Assembly (NCBI GenBank): GCA_963844035.1
Contig: CAWJMT010000014.1
Location: forward strand, 1 to 64,000
Length of the DNA stretch: 64,000 nucleotides
Source: an uncultured Gemmatimonadales bacterium
GTDB lineage: Bacteria; Gemmatimonadota; Gemmatimonadetes; Gemmatimonadales; GWC2-71-9
Direction of reading: 5' to 3'
Shown piece after piece: positions 39,968-50,011 of the stretch. Position numbers and translations under genes: made by a program. Numbering within the stretch: position 1 is the first letter of the stretch; each line of letters begins with the position of its first letter. The notes beneath the pieces were generated by a model. That model had not been told where the DNA came from. It saw only the letters and a list, made by a program, of their open reading frames with translations, and did no database searches.

Positions 39968-40512
39968 CCGTTCGCAACCTCCACCTGCTCGGGTCCCCGG
40001 TGCTGCGGCAGCGCGCCCAGCCGGTGGCGCCGACGGACGCTGCCGTCCGCGAGCTGGTGGATGACCTGTTCGAAACGATGCGGGCCGCCAAGGGAGTCGG
40101 CCTGGCGGCGAACCAGGTCGGGGTCGCGCAGCGCGTCGCGGTGGTGGACGTCGGCGACGAGTTTGGTCCGCCCCTCGTGCTCATCAACCCGCGCATCGTG
40201 GAAGCCGGCACAGAAATGGAAAGCGCCGAGGAGGGCTGCCTGTCGATCCCGGACGTGTACGCCGACGTGGACCGCCCCCACACGATCGTGCTGGAGGCGC
40301 TGGACCGTGACGCGCAGCCGTATCGCATCACGGTCACGGGATTCAGAGCCCGCGCCGTGCAGCACGAGATCGATCACCTCGACGGGATCCTCTTTCTCGA
40401 CCGCCTGAGCGCCGTGAAGCGGGCCCTGCTGCTGTCAAAGTGGAAGAAGCTCCGCAAGGGAATGACCGGACACATCAAGGAGGTGACGCCCGAACCGGCG
40501 GGCGACCGGTAG
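39964..40512 (+). CDS. def: Peptide deformylase
   Basis: GVGLAANQ, EGCLS, QHEIDHLDG. Confidence 0.97.
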   Translation: MTVRNLHLLGSPVLRQRAQPVAPTDAAVRELVDDLFETMRAAKGVGLAANQVGVAQRVAVVDVGDEFGPPLVLINPRIVEAGTEMESAEEGCLSIPDVYADVDRPHTIVLEALDRDAQPYRITVTGFRARAVQHEIDHLDGILFLDRLSAVKRALLLSKWKKLRKGMTGHIKEVTPEPAGDR

Positions 40513-41436
40513 GTGCGCGTCGTCTTCTTCGGTACTCCGGAATTCGCCGTCCCGTCGCTCGAAGCCCTCCTCGGTGAGGGCTTCGACGTCCTGGCGGTCG
40601 TGACGCAACCCGACCGTCCGCAAGGCCGGTCCCGTTCGCACGCGGTCGCGTCGCCGGTGAAGGAAGCCGCGCTGACGGAAGAAGTCCCCGTCCTGCAACC
40701 CGAGCGCCCCACCGACCCGGCCTTCATGCAAGCCCTGCGTGACCTCGCCCCGGACGTCGGCGTCGTGGTCGCCTACGGCCACATCCTGAAACCTGAAATA
40801 CTGGCGGTGCCCGCCCGGGGGATGGTGAACCTGCATCCATCCCTGCTCCCCGAGCTGCGCGGCGCCGCGCCGATCGAATGGGCGATCATCAACGGGCTCG
40901 AGCGAACCGGCGTCACCATCATGCAGATGGAGGCTGGGATGGACTCCGGCCCGATCCTGCATCACATCCCCGAGGAGCTGCCGCCGGACATCACCGGCGG
41001 CGAGCTGTCGGCGCACCTGTCTGAAATCGGTGCCGAAGCGCTGGTCGAGGCGCTCATCATGCTCGAGCAGGGTGCGGTTCAACCGCGCCCGCAGGAGCAC
41101 GCGCGCGCCACGTATGCCCCCAAGCTGACCCGCGAGACTGCGCGCATCGATTGGACAGGAGCCGCGGAGCGCATCGCGCGCCTCATCCGGGGGCTCGACC
41201 CCAGGCCCGGGGCCTGGACCCAGCTCGACGGCCATGCGATCAAACTGTTCGGGGCCGCCGTGGGCCCGGGGCGCGGAGCGCCGGGTCAGGTGCTCCGCGC
41301 CGACAGCCACGTGGCGATCGCGGCGCGTGACGGCAGTGTGACCGTCGAAGAGGTACAGCCGGAAGGAAAATCGCGTATGGCCGCCGCCGAATGGGTCCGC
41401 GGCCGCGGCGTACAGGTGGGAGCGCGGTTCCAGTGA
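40513..41436 (+). CDS. fmt: Methionyl-tRNA formyltransferase
   Basis: FFGTPEFA, VTQPDRP, NLHPSLLP..RGAAPI. Confidence 0.97.
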   Translation: MRVVFFGTPEFAVPSLEALLGEGFDVLAVVTQPDRPQGRSRSHAVASPVKEAALTEEVPVLQPERPTDPAFMQALRDLAPDVGVVVAYGHILKPEILAVPARGMVNLHPSLLPELRGAAPIEWAIINGLERTGVTIMQMEAGMDSGPILHHIPEELPPDITGGELSAHLSEIGAEALVEALIMLEQGAVQPRPQEHARATYAPKLTRETARIDWTGAAERIARLIRGLDPRPGAWTQLDGHAIKLFGAAVGPGRGAPGQVLRADSHVAIAARDGSVTVEEVQPEGKSRMAAAEWVRGRGVQVGARFQ

Positions 41437-42047
41437 AACCCCCGCTGCCGCGCCTCCATGCCATCACCGACGAGCGCGTCGCGCGCCGGAGCGACCTGGC
41501 CACCCTCGCGGAAGGCTTAGCCAACGCGGCGGGTGCCGACCTCGCATTGCACGCGCGCGGACGCGAGTTGAGCGGTGCCGAACATTTTGATCTCGCGACC
41601 CGCCTGTCCGCCTACCCGCCCACCCGCCTGTTCGTCAACGACCGCCTGGACATCGCCCTCGCTTGCGGCGCGAGCGGGGTCCAGCTGGGCGCCGCGAGTC
41701 TCGACCCCGAGGATGCCCGCCGTTTGAACACCCGCTGGTGGATCGGGAAGTCGGTCCACACCCTGGCGGAAGCGGAGGCCGCGCGCCAGGCCGGGGCCGA
41801 CTATCTTTTGGTGGGACCGGTATTTCCGACGGCGACGCATCCGACGCGTGACCCGGTCGACGCCGCTACTCTTAGCGCCATCGTCGCGCTCGGGTTGCCG
41901 GTGATCGCTATCGGGGGTGTCACACCGGGCCGGGCCGCGCCCCTCAAAGCGGCAGGAGTGCACGGCGTGGCGGCGATCAGGGCATTCTGGGACAGCGTGG
42001 ATGGGCCGGACGTGGCGCGGCGGCTGCAGGGGGAGCTGGGTCAATGA
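41433..42047 (+). CDS. thiE: Thiamine phosphate synthase (ThiE/TenI family)
   Basis: FVNDRLD, GKSVH, GPVFPTATH, VIAIGG; adjacent to thiS and thiG. Confidence 0.8.
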   Translation: MKPPLPRLHAITDERVARRSDLATLAEGLANAAGADLALHARGRELSGAEHFDLATRLSAYPPTRLFVNDRLDIALACGASGVQLGAASLDPEDARRLNTRWWIGKSVHTLAEAEAARQAGADYLLVGPVFPTATHPTRDPVDAATLSAIVALGLPVIAIGGVTPGRAAPLKAAGVHGVAAIRAFWDSVDGPDVARRLQGELGQ

Positions 42048-42256
42048 GCGAGACGATTGACGTCATCGTGAACGGCGAGCCACGGACGGTGGTGCGGGAC
42101 GGGACACTTCTCGACCTGCTCGAGACGCTGCACCTGGACCCGCGAACCGTCGTGGTCGAGCACAACCGGACGATCGTGCGCCGGCCCGCCCTTGCGGGGG
42201 TGCGGGTGGCACCCGGTGACGCCATCGAGCTGGTGCATTTCGTGGGAGGCGGCTGA
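42044..42256 (+). CDS. thiS: Sulfur carrier protein
   Basis: VNGE..., C-terminal VHFVGGG. Confidence 0.95.
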   Translation: MSETIDVIVNGEPRTVVRDGTLLDLLETLHLDPRTVVVEHNRTIVRRPALAGVRVAPGDAIELVHFVGGG

Positions 42257-42260
42257 CGCC

Positions 42261-43061
42261 ATGACTACCGCGCTGGAAGTCCTCAAGGATACGCCGTTCA
42301 CCATCGGCGGACGCACGTTCCGGTCCCGCCTGATGGTCGGGACGGGGAAGTACCGCGACAACGAGACGATGGCGCAGGCAATCGCGGCATCGGGCGCCGA
42401 CGTCGTCACGGTCGCCGTACGGCGGGTCAACCTCGACCGCGCGAGCGAAGAGGGCGTTCTGTATCACCTCGACCCGGCGCGCGTGTTTCTGCTCGCGAAT
42501 ACCGCCGGGTGCTACACCGCCGCGGACGCCGTGCGCTACGCCCGCCTGGCGCGGGAAGCGGGATTCAACGAGTTCGTCAAACTCGAAGTGATCGGCGACG
42601 AAGAAACGCTGCTGCCCGACGTGCAGGGGCTGCTGCAGGCGGCGCAGACGCTGGTGCACGAGGGGTTCAAGGTGCTCGCCTACACCAACGAGGACCTGGT
42701 GACCGCCCTGCGCCTGGAAGACGCCGGCGTCGCGGCCGTCATGCCGCTCGCTTCACCCATCGGCAGCGGGCTGGGGCTCATCAACCCGTACAGCGTGCGC
42801 CTCATCAAGCGGCGGTTGCAGGTCCCCGTCGTGGTGGACGCGGGCGTCGGCACCGCCTCCGATGCGTGCCTCACCATGGAGCAGGGCGTGGACGGCATCC
42901 TCATGAACACGGCGATCGCGGCCGCGCGCGACCCGAGCGCCATGGCGCACGCGATGCGCCTCGCGGTCGAAGCGGGACGGGCCGCGTTTCTGGCCGGCCG
43001 CATGCCGCGCCGCGAAGTGGCCGTTCCCTCCTCCCCGCTCGATGGGATGCTGGGGGAATGA
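42261..43061 (+). CDS. thiG: Thiazole synthase
   Basis: SRLMVGTGKY, NTAGC, VKLEVIGD, MPLASPIGSGLG, DAGVG. Confidence 0.97.
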   Translation: MTTALEVLKDTPFTIGGRTFRSRLMVGTGKYRDNETMAQAIAASGADVVTVAVRRVNLDRASEEGVLYHLDPARVFLLANTAGCYTAADAVRYARLAREAGFNEFVKLEVIGDEETLLPDVQGLLQAAQTLVHEGFKVLAYTNEDLVTALRLEDAGVAAVMPLASPIGSGLGLINPYSVRLIKRRLQVPVVVDAGVGTASDACLTMEQGVDGILMNTAIAAARDPSAMAHAMRLAVEAGRAAFLAGRMPRREVAVPSSPLDGMLGE

Positions 43062-43840
43062 CGATGCGCTGGCGCCGCCACGAGCCGCCTTCATCCGACT
43101 GGCGCTGGACGATGCCCAACCTGTTCGCAGGCGGGTCGGCCAAACGGTGGGCACTGTACGGGGCGAGCGCCGTGCTCGCGGGCTACCTGACGGCGTACCT
43201 TTTGATCTTTCCGGCGCCATTGCTCCATGGTCACGAGGCCGTGCCGCGCGTCGTAGGGTTGAGCCTGACCGACGCGACGAGCGCGATCACCAAGGCGGGC
43301 CTGCAGGTCCAGGACGGCGGCTCGGAGCCAGACCCGTCGACGCCGCAGGGCTACGTCATCTGGCAGGATCCGCCCCCCGGGGTCACCGCTCCTGCCGGGC
43401 TGCGCGTGACCCTGGTGTCGAGCGACGGACCACCCAAGATTCCCGTGCCCGACGTGACGGGACTGGGAGGCGCGCTGGCGCAGCGTCTGATCGCGGCGGC
43501 CGGACTCAGCGCGGCGCAGGTGGAGTCGGTCCAGGCACCGTCCGTTCCCGGCGTCACCATGATGACGCGCCCGCCGGCAGGCACCGTGCTCGCCTCGGGA
43601 GCGCCCGTCACGGTCGTGGTCAGCCGCGGCGCGCCCACGATCCCCGTGCCCGACCTGCTGGGGATGTCGCAAGGGGATGCGCGGACCCGGGTCGAGATGG
43701 AAGGATTGCAGCTCGGCAGTGTGACGCGGCGCCGGACCGCCGGCGCCAATCCCGGTACAGTGGTAGCACAGACGCCGGCGGCAGGCACCCTCGCCGCCCC
43801 CGGCACCGTCGTGGACATCGTCGTCGCCCGGAGCCTCTAA
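43058..43840 (+). CDS. Membrane-anchored PASTA domain protein (3 repeats)
   Basis: TM helix then VPRVVG, VPDVTG, VPDLLG repeats with Q.PP.G motifs. Confidence 0.85.
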   Translation: MTMRWRRHEPPSSDWRWTMPNLFAGGSAKRWALYGASAVLAGYLTAYLLIFPAPLLHGHEAVPRVVGLSLTDATSAITKAGLQVQDGGSEPDPSTPQGYVIWQDPPPGVTAPAGLRVTLVSSDGPPKIPVPDVTGLGGALAQRLIAAAGLSAAQVESVQAPSVPGVTMMTRPPAGTVLASGAPVTVVVSRGAPTIPVPDLLGMSQGDARTRVEMEGLQLGSVTRRRTAGANPGTVVAQTPAAGTLAAPGTVVDIVVARSL

Positions 43841-43843
43841 CTA

Positions 43844-44515
43844 ATGACGAATGGCATTCGCATCGCCCCCAGTGTCCTGAGCGCAGACTTGACCCGCCTG
43901 GCCGACCAGGTGCAGCTGCTCGTCGCCGGCGGCGCCGATTGGCTGCACGTGGACGTGATGGACGGGCGGTTCGTCCCGAATCTCACGTTCGGGGCCAACA
44001 TGATCGAGGCGCTGAAGAAGCTGTCCGACAAGCCGCTCGACGTGCACCTGATGGTGGTCGAGCCCGAGCGATACATCGACCGGTTCGCCGATGCGGGCGC
44101 GTCCGTATTCACGTTTCATCCGGAGGTGTCGCCGCACGCGCAGCGGCACCTGGCGCACGTGAAGAGCCGCGGGATGATGGCGGGCCTGGCGCTCAACCCC
44201 AGCTCGCCGCTCTCCATGGTGGAGGAAGTGGTCGCAGACCTCGACCTGCTGCTGATCATGACGGTGAACCCCGGGTTCGGGGGGCAGTCGTACATCCCTG
44301 GCTCGAACGACAAGATCCGCCGGGCGCGTGAGCTGCTGAACGCCCGGGGCTCGCGCGCGTTCCTCGAGGTGGATGGGGGGATCAGCCGTCAGACGATCGC
44401 CGCCGCCCACGCGGCCGGCGCCGACACCTTCGTCGCGGGCAACGCCGTGTTCGGAAGCCAGGACCCGAGCCGGGAGGTGGAGGAGTTGCGCCGGAGGTGT
44501 CTTGTCACGGTATGA
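43844..44515 (+). CDS. rpe: Ribulose-phosphate 3-epimerase
   Basis: IAPSVLSAD, HVDVMDGRFVPN, DVHLM, MTVNPGFGGQ, EVDGG. Confidence 0.97.
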   Translation: MTNGIRIAPSVLSADLTRLADQVQLLVAGGADWLHVDVMDGRFVPNLTFGANMIEALKKLSDKPLDVHLMVVEPERYIDRFADAGASVFTFHPEVSPHAQRHLAHVKSRGMMAGLALNPSSPLSMVEEVVADLDLLLIMTVNPGFGGQSYIPGSNDKIRRARELLNARGSRAFLEVDGGISRQTIAAAHAAGADTFVAGNAVFGSQDPSREVEELRRRCLVTV

Positions 44516-45048
44516 CCAGCCAGCGCCGCTGGAGCCTTCTGGCCGGCACGGTGATGACGTTCGTTTTCATCGCCGCGCTCGTCCTGAAGGTCCGTCCGCA
44601 GATGGACCTGATCGGAGCCGGGTCGAAAGCTCCCGATTTCCAGGCCGTGAACCTGCGCACGCACCGTCCCGCGTCGCTGGCCGACTATGCCGGTAAGGTC
44701 ATCGTGCTCAACATCTGGGCGACCTGGTGCGACCCGTGCCGCCTGGAAATGCCTTCGATGCAGAGACTCAGCGAGCGCCTCGCCGGTCCCGATTTCCGTG
44801 TCGTGGCGGTGAGCGTGGACAAGGACGACCCGGAGGGCGTGATGAAATTCGTAAACGACCTCGGGCTCCGCTTCGACATTCTGCACGACCCGTCGGGCAA
44901 GATCCAGCAAACGCTCCAGACGACCGGTGTGCCCGAAAGCTTCGTGATCGATCGCAGCGGCACGATCATCAAGAAGGTCATCGGTGCGGAACGGTGGGAC
45001 TCGCCGGTGAATGAGACTCTGATCAAGCATCTGCTCGATGCCCGCTAA
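44512..45048 (+). CDS. TlpA/ResA-like thiol-disulfide oxidoreductase
   Basis: N-terminal TM, LNIWATWCDPCRLEMP, GVPESFVID. Confidence 0.92.
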   Translation: MTSQRRWSLLAGTVMTFVFIAALVLKVRPQMDLIGAGSKAPDFQAVNLRTHRPASLADYAGKVIVLNIWATWCDPCRLEMPSMQRLSERLAGPDFRVVAVSVDKDDPEGVMKFVNDLGLRFDILHDPSGKIQQTLQTTGVPESFVIDRSGTIIKKVIGAERWDSPVNETLIKHLLDAR

Positions 45049-46037
45049 TTTGGGCCAGCTGTTCACCCGCAACTGGCCGGTCAAGCTCGCCGCCCTGTTC
45101 TTCGCGGTGATGCTGTACGCCGCCGTCGCCGCCCAGCAGCCGATCACGCAGTTGTTCGCGCTCGACCTCGAAGTAGCGGCGCCCCCGGGACGCGCGATCA
45201 GGCAGGCACCCACGACCATCTCGGTGCTGTTGAGCGGCAGAGGGGCCGAGCTGCTGAAGCTGCGCTCGCTCCCGCGGGTGATCACCAAGACCGTCCCCGA
45301 CACGTTTTCGGGATCGCTCTGGCACATCCGGCTTCAGGCGTCCGACGTGCCCATTCCGAATGGCGTGGACGTCCAGGTCGCGGACCTGTCGCCGCGAGAC
45401 GTGGACGTGGCGCTCGACTCCGCCTCGCGACGGGAGGTGCGCATCGTCCCACGGATCACGTTGCATGGCGATTCCAACGTCGTGCTGCAGGGCGTCGTGG
45501 TCCGTCCGGGTACCGCCCGTCTCGTGGGGCCGCCCAAGAGCCTCACGGGAATCGACTCGGTGGTGACCGATCCGATTTCGATTCCCGGCGACACCGGACC
45601 GTTCTCCCGCACCGTCGCGATCGAAACAAGCAGCCTCGGCGTCGCCCGGGTCGTGCCCACCGAGGTGCTGGTGTCGGGCGAAGTGGCGGCCGTCATGCAG
45701 CGCAGCTTCCCCGGCGTGCTCGTCACCACCGCCGCGTCGGGTTTCGCCGGGTTCACCCTGGATCGCGAGCGGGTGGTCGTGCAGGTGCAAGGTCCGGCGC
45801 ACCGCGTGGCGGCGCTGACGCGCGACAGCCTGCGCGTGGTCGCCCACCTGGTCGGCCACGCCGGCCCGGACGCGTACGCGCGCCTCAGCGTCGGCGCGCT
45901 CCCCGGGATCACCGCGCGCGCCGTCCCGGACTCCGTGGGCCTTAAAGCCGCCGGCCGTCAAGCCGACGCCGGCCGCCAAGCCGGCGCCGACCACCAAGCC
46001 GACGCCCACCGTCAAGAAGAAAGGGAGCCGTGGCTGA
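45038..46037 (+). CDS. YbbR/CdaR-like domain protein with Lys/Pro/Thr-rich tail (frameshift near ~45942)
   Basis: RNWPVKLAALFFAVMLY N-terminus, beta-rich repeats; shifted frame gives KPPAVKPTPAAKPAPTTKPTPTVKKKGSRG* ending at 46037 over the tsaD start. Confidence 0.7.
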
Positions 46038-47076
46038 CGTCGTCCTCGGCATCGAGACGTCGTGCGACGAGACGTCCGCCGCCGTGCTGGTGACCGACGG
46101 CCCCCATCCCGAGTTGGCGAGCCTGGTAATCCTGTCGCAGGACATTCATCAGGTATTCGGCGGCGTCGTGCCGGAGCTCGCGAGCCGCGCGCATCTCGCC
46201 ACGCTGCCGGCAGTCGTCGAGCGGGCGCTCGTCGAGGCAGGCCTCGGGTGGCACGCGGTGGACGCGATTGCCGTGACCGCGGGGCCGGGGCTCGTCGGCG
46301 CGCTACTCGTCGGCGTCACATACGCCAAGGCGCTCGCCTATGCGGGGGATCGCGCGCTGATCGGCGTGAATCACCTCGAGGGCCATCTGTTCGCACCCGC
46401 GGTGGAGGACCCCGCGCTCGAGCCCCCGTTCGTCGCCCTGCTCGCGTCGGGGGGCCATACGCTGCTGCTCGACGTGCCCGCCTGGGGACACTACCGCCTG
46501 CTCGGGGCCACCCGCGATGACGCGGCCGGCGAAGCGTTCGACAAGGTCGCGACCCTGCTCGGCCTCGGCTATCCGGGAGGGCCCGAGATCGAGCGCGTCG
46601 CCGCGCAGGGCAACCCCGCGCGCTTCACGTTCCCGCGGCCGATGAAGAACGAAGGCTACGAGTTCTCCTTCTCCGGGCTCAAGACCGCCGTGCTGCACGC
46701 CGTGCGCGCCAGCGCTGACCTGCCGCGCGACCGGGCCGACCTCGCCCGCGGATTCCAGGACGCGCTGCTCGACGTGCTCGTGACGAAGCTCGAGCGCGCC
46801 ATCCGCGCGACCGGCTACCCGACCGCCGTGCTGGGCGGGGGCGTCGCCTGCAGCCGTGCGCTCACGCAGCTCGCCGCTCAGCGCCTCACAGGGATCGCGC
46901 GCGTCGCCGTCGCCCGCCCCCGTCTCAATGCCGACAATGCGGCGATGATCGCCCGGGCCGGGGCGTTCCGGCTCGGCCTCGGAGAGCGCAGCGACTGGAC
47001 GCTCGATGCACGCGCCGACCTGCCGCTCCCCGGTCTTGAGACGCCACCCGCCCACCTTCACGCGCCACACTCATGA
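46030..47076 (+). CDS. tsaD: tRNA N6-adenosine threonylcarbamoyltransferase
   Basis: LGIETSCDET, GGVVPELASRAH, NHLEGH, SGGHT, DDAAGEAFDK, FSFSGLKT, DNAAMIA. Confidence 0.97.
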   Translation: MADVVLGIETSCDETSAAVLVTDGPHPELASLVILSQDIHQVFGGVVPELASRAHLATLPAVVERALVEAGLGWHAVDAIAVTAGPGLVGALLVGVTYAKALAYAGDRALIGVNHLEGHLFAPAVEDPALEPPFVALLASGGHTLLLDVPAWGHYRLLGATRDDAAGEAFDKVATLLGLGYPGGPEIERVAAQGNPARFTFPRPMKNEGYEFSFSGLKTAVLHAVRASADLPRDRADLARGFQDALLDVLVTKLERAIRATGYPTAVLGGGVACSRALTQLAAQRLTGIARVAVARPRLNADNAAMIARAGAFRLGLGERSDWTLDARADLPLPGLETPPAHLHAPHS

Positions 47077-47925
47077 CGATCTATCCGTTCGTGCTGCAGA
47101 TCGGCCCCCTCGCGCTCACCGGCTACGGCCTCATGATGATGGCGGCCTTTCTCATGGCGGGCTGGGCGATGCAGCTCGAGCTGCGCCAGCGCGGCCTCAA
47201 CGAAGACTACGCGGCCGATATCGTTGTCGCGGCGGTGGTGGGCGGATTGGTCGGCGCCAAGCTGTGGTACGTGGTGTGGAGCCGCGATTGGACGGCTCTG
47301 TTTCATCGCGGCGGGTTCGTGTGGTACGGCGGCCTGCTCGGCGGCATCGGCGCCGTGCTCTTCAACGGCTGGCGCCTACGGGTACCGCCGCGGTACACGA
47401 TGGAGATCACGGGCGCGGCACTGGCCCTGGGGTATGCGATCGGCCGAGTGGGATGTTTTCTGGTGAACGACGACTACGGCCTGCCCTCGACGCTCCCCTG
47501 GGCGATGAAGTTTCCCAACGGCCTGCCGCCGACCACGGTCGCCAACCTCTCGAGGCTCCACGGCACCTTCCCGCCCGACGCCAGTCCCTTCGACGTGGTG
47601 GCAGTGCATCCCACACAGATCTACGAGACGATCCTGATGCTGCTGGCGTTCGTGTTGCTCTGGCGGCTGCGCACGCACCGGCACGGTTTGGGATGGCGCT
47701 TCGGGATCGTATCTCGTGCTGGCGGGAGCGGAGCGATTCATCATCGAGTTCGTGCGCGCCAAAGACGACCGGATCTTCGGGCCACTGTCCGTAGCCCAGG
47801 TGACGAGTACGCTGGTGGCGCTCGCTGGGGTCGCGATCCTGGTGCGGCTGCGCGCGCCCGGTGGGGCGGAGCCGGAGATTCCCAAACGCCTCGTGGCTCC
47901 TCCAGCGCAGCCGGCTGCCGCCTAG
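47073..47925 (+). CDS. lgt: Prolipoprotein diacylglyceryl transferase (frameshift near ~47705)
   Basis: YGLM, GAKLWY, GGFVWYGG, IGRVGCF, HPTQIYE, then ERFIIEFVR in ORF 47716..47925. Confidence 0.92.
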
Positions 47926-49973
47926 CGCACCGGCGCGCCGCCCGCCTGCACTCCGAAGAAGCGGCCGCGCTGCAGCCACACGATGGCAAAGATCAGCAGC
48001 ACCACCAGGACGCCTTGTAACGCCAGCGACTCAACGGTGGGATAGATCCCGAACACCGGGATGCGGGGCGCCCACTCGAGCACCGTGGTGCCGATCATGC
48101 CCCCCTCCTGAAACGCTGCGACTCCCTTCCCCGCGAACACGAACGCCATGTAGTACAGCATTGCGCTGGTGACGGCGAAGAACGGCCGCATGGGGATCTT
48201 CACCCCGAAACGCTTGATCGCCAGATACAACGCGACGAGGCCCACCGACCCGAGTGCGATGCCCGCCGCCACCGCCGCCGCGCCCCCTGCCGCGCCACCC
48301 GCGGAGGTCAGCAGCGCCTTGTAGAACAGGATGGTCTCGAAGCCCTCGCGGTAGACGGCGAGAAAGGAGACCGACGCAAGCGTGAGGCTCGATCCCGTCG
48401 ATAGCGCACCCTGGAGCCGCCCCTTCACGAACGCGTTCCACTTGGCCACCTCGATCTTGGACAGCAGCCAGTAGCTCACGTAGAACAGCACCGCCGCGGC
48501 CGCCAACATCGTGCCACCTTCGAGCGCTTCGCGCTGCCCGGGCGTGATGTGAAACAGCATCTCGATCGCAACCGCAGTTACGATGCTCGCGGCCACCGCG
48601 GCCCACGCACCCTTCGCCACGTCGCGCCGCCGCTCGGTGGCGCCCGCTTTGGCGAGGAATGTCATCAGGGCGGCCACGATCAGAATCGCTTCGAAGCCTT
48701 CGCGCAACATCAGTACGAACGACTCCATGAACAGACTGGCGCTCGACATCTTGTCCACGACCACGCGCTCCGCGCGCTCGAGCGCCGAGAGGAGGCGCGC
48801 GTGAGTCGCGTTCAGCTCGGCGGGAGAGGCGCCGGCAGCCGCCTGGGTGCGCAGTGCGCTGAACCCGTCTTCGAGCTCACCGGCCAGCGTGGGATTGTGC
48901 GCGCGGACCTGGGTCTCGACCTGCTCGAAGGTGAGATACGCGCCGAACGCCGCCTTGGAGGAGCGCAGGGCGACGGCCGAGTCGAGCTGGCGCCGCACGT
49001 CCATGAACACCGTGGATCCCGCCGTCGTCGGCTGACTCTGCTGTCGCTCCTGCACCGGGAGCACGCGCAGGAACGCGGCGACCTTCTCCGCCGCGGCGCG
49101 ATCCATCACACGCGCGAACGCCGGCATCGGCGAGCCGGCCCGACCGTTGAGCATCATCTCGATCAGGTCCTCGTCGGAGAGTCGTCCCTGCACTGCGAGA
49201 TCGGCGAGCGCCGGTGGACTCACGGACAGCGTGCGGGCGTGCACTCCATCCCCGCGACCGGTGACGCCGTGACAGGAGGCGCATTGCACCGCGTACAGCC
49301 CCTCGCCTTCGTGCACGGCGCCCTGATCGGCGCGCAGCGTGCTCAGGTAGGTCGTCACCGCCCAGCGATCGTCGGACGAGAGGCTCTGGGCGTACTCGGG
49401 CATGCCCGTGCCTTCGATCCCGATCGCGATCTTGCGATACATGTCCACCGGGGAGACGCTGGCCAGCTCCGCACGGTCGGTGAGATCGGCGGGGGGCGGG
49501 CCGACCAGGCCCTTGGCCTTGGGGCCGTCACCGCGCCCAGCCGCGCCGTGACACTGGATGCACTGCTCGCGATAGACGGCAGCGCCGCGGGCCAGCGTGG
49601 GTGGACGAGCCGGGAACGGGTCCAGAGCGCCACCCGCGGCGACGCCGATCCGTTGGATCAGGGCCGCAGCGCGTGCCGCCACCGAGTCGGGAGGGGCCAC
49701 CCGGTCGAGCATCGCCCGTAGGGCGAGCAGCTCGGCGTCGGCCACCTGACGAACCGCCGTCGGGAGCGACGGCCCATCGAGCCGGGCGGCATCGAGGAAC
49801 AGCTTGGCCTCCTCGACTTCCTGGGCGGCCACGACCCGGCCGCCCCCGGCGCTCACGCCGTTCGCGTACTCCTTGGCCGCCAGCGACGTGGCGGCAACCA
49901 CGCGCCGGGCGACGGTAAGCGAATCGTCGCGCTGCGCAGCGAGCAGGCCCGCGCTCGTCGCGCTCAAGGCCAA
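47922..49973 (-). CDS. Di-haem cytochrome c / FTR1 iron permease fusion (PbrT-like); true start may lie further upstream
   Basis: CIQCH and CASCH haem motifs; two REGFE motifs in a multi-TM FTR1 domain; signal-peptide-like N-terminus. Confidence 0.9.
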   Translation of the reverse strand: MALSATSAGLLAAQRDDSLTVARRVVAATSLAAKEYANGVSAGGGRVVAAQEVEEAKLFLDAARLDGPSLPTAVRQVADAELLALRAMLDRVAPPDSVAARAAALIQRIGVAAGGALDPFPARPPTLARGAAVYREQCIQCHGAAGRGDGPKAKGLVGPPPADLTDRAELASVSPVDMYRKIAIGIEGTGMPEYAQSLSSDDRWAVTTYLSTLRADQGAVHEGEGLYAVQCASCHGVTGRGDGVHARTLSVSPPALADLAVQGRLSDEDLIEMMLNGRAGSPMPAFARVMDRAAAEKVAAFLRVLPVQERQQSQPTTAGSTVFMDVRRQLDSAVALRSSKAAFGAYLTFEQVETQVRAHNPTLAGELEDGFSALRTQAAAGASPAELNATHARLLSALERAERVVVDKMSSASLFMESFVLMLREGFEAILIVAALMTFLAKAGATERRRDVAKGAWAAVAASIVTAVAIEMLFHITPGQREALEGGTMLAAAAVLFYVSYWLLSKIEVAKWNAFVKGRLQGALSTGSSLTLASVSFLAVYREGFETILFYKALLTSAGGAAGGAAAVAAGIALGSVGLVALYLAIKRFGVKIPMRPFFAVTSAMLYYMAFVFAGKGVAAFQEGGMIGTTVLEWAPRIPVFGIYPTVESLALQGVLVVLLIFAIVWLQRGRFFGVQAGGAPVR

Positions 49974-49996
49974 GCTGATTAATAGCTTACGGTAGA

Positions 49997-50011
49997 TGAG
50001 AACGGTTCTCA
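49997..50011. promoter_or_regulatory. Fur-box-like 7-1-7 inverted repeat
   Basis: TGAGAAC-G-GTTCTCA perfect palindrome just upstream of the FTR1 gene, next to a TGnTATCTT extended -10-like motif on the minus strand. Confidence 0.65.
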
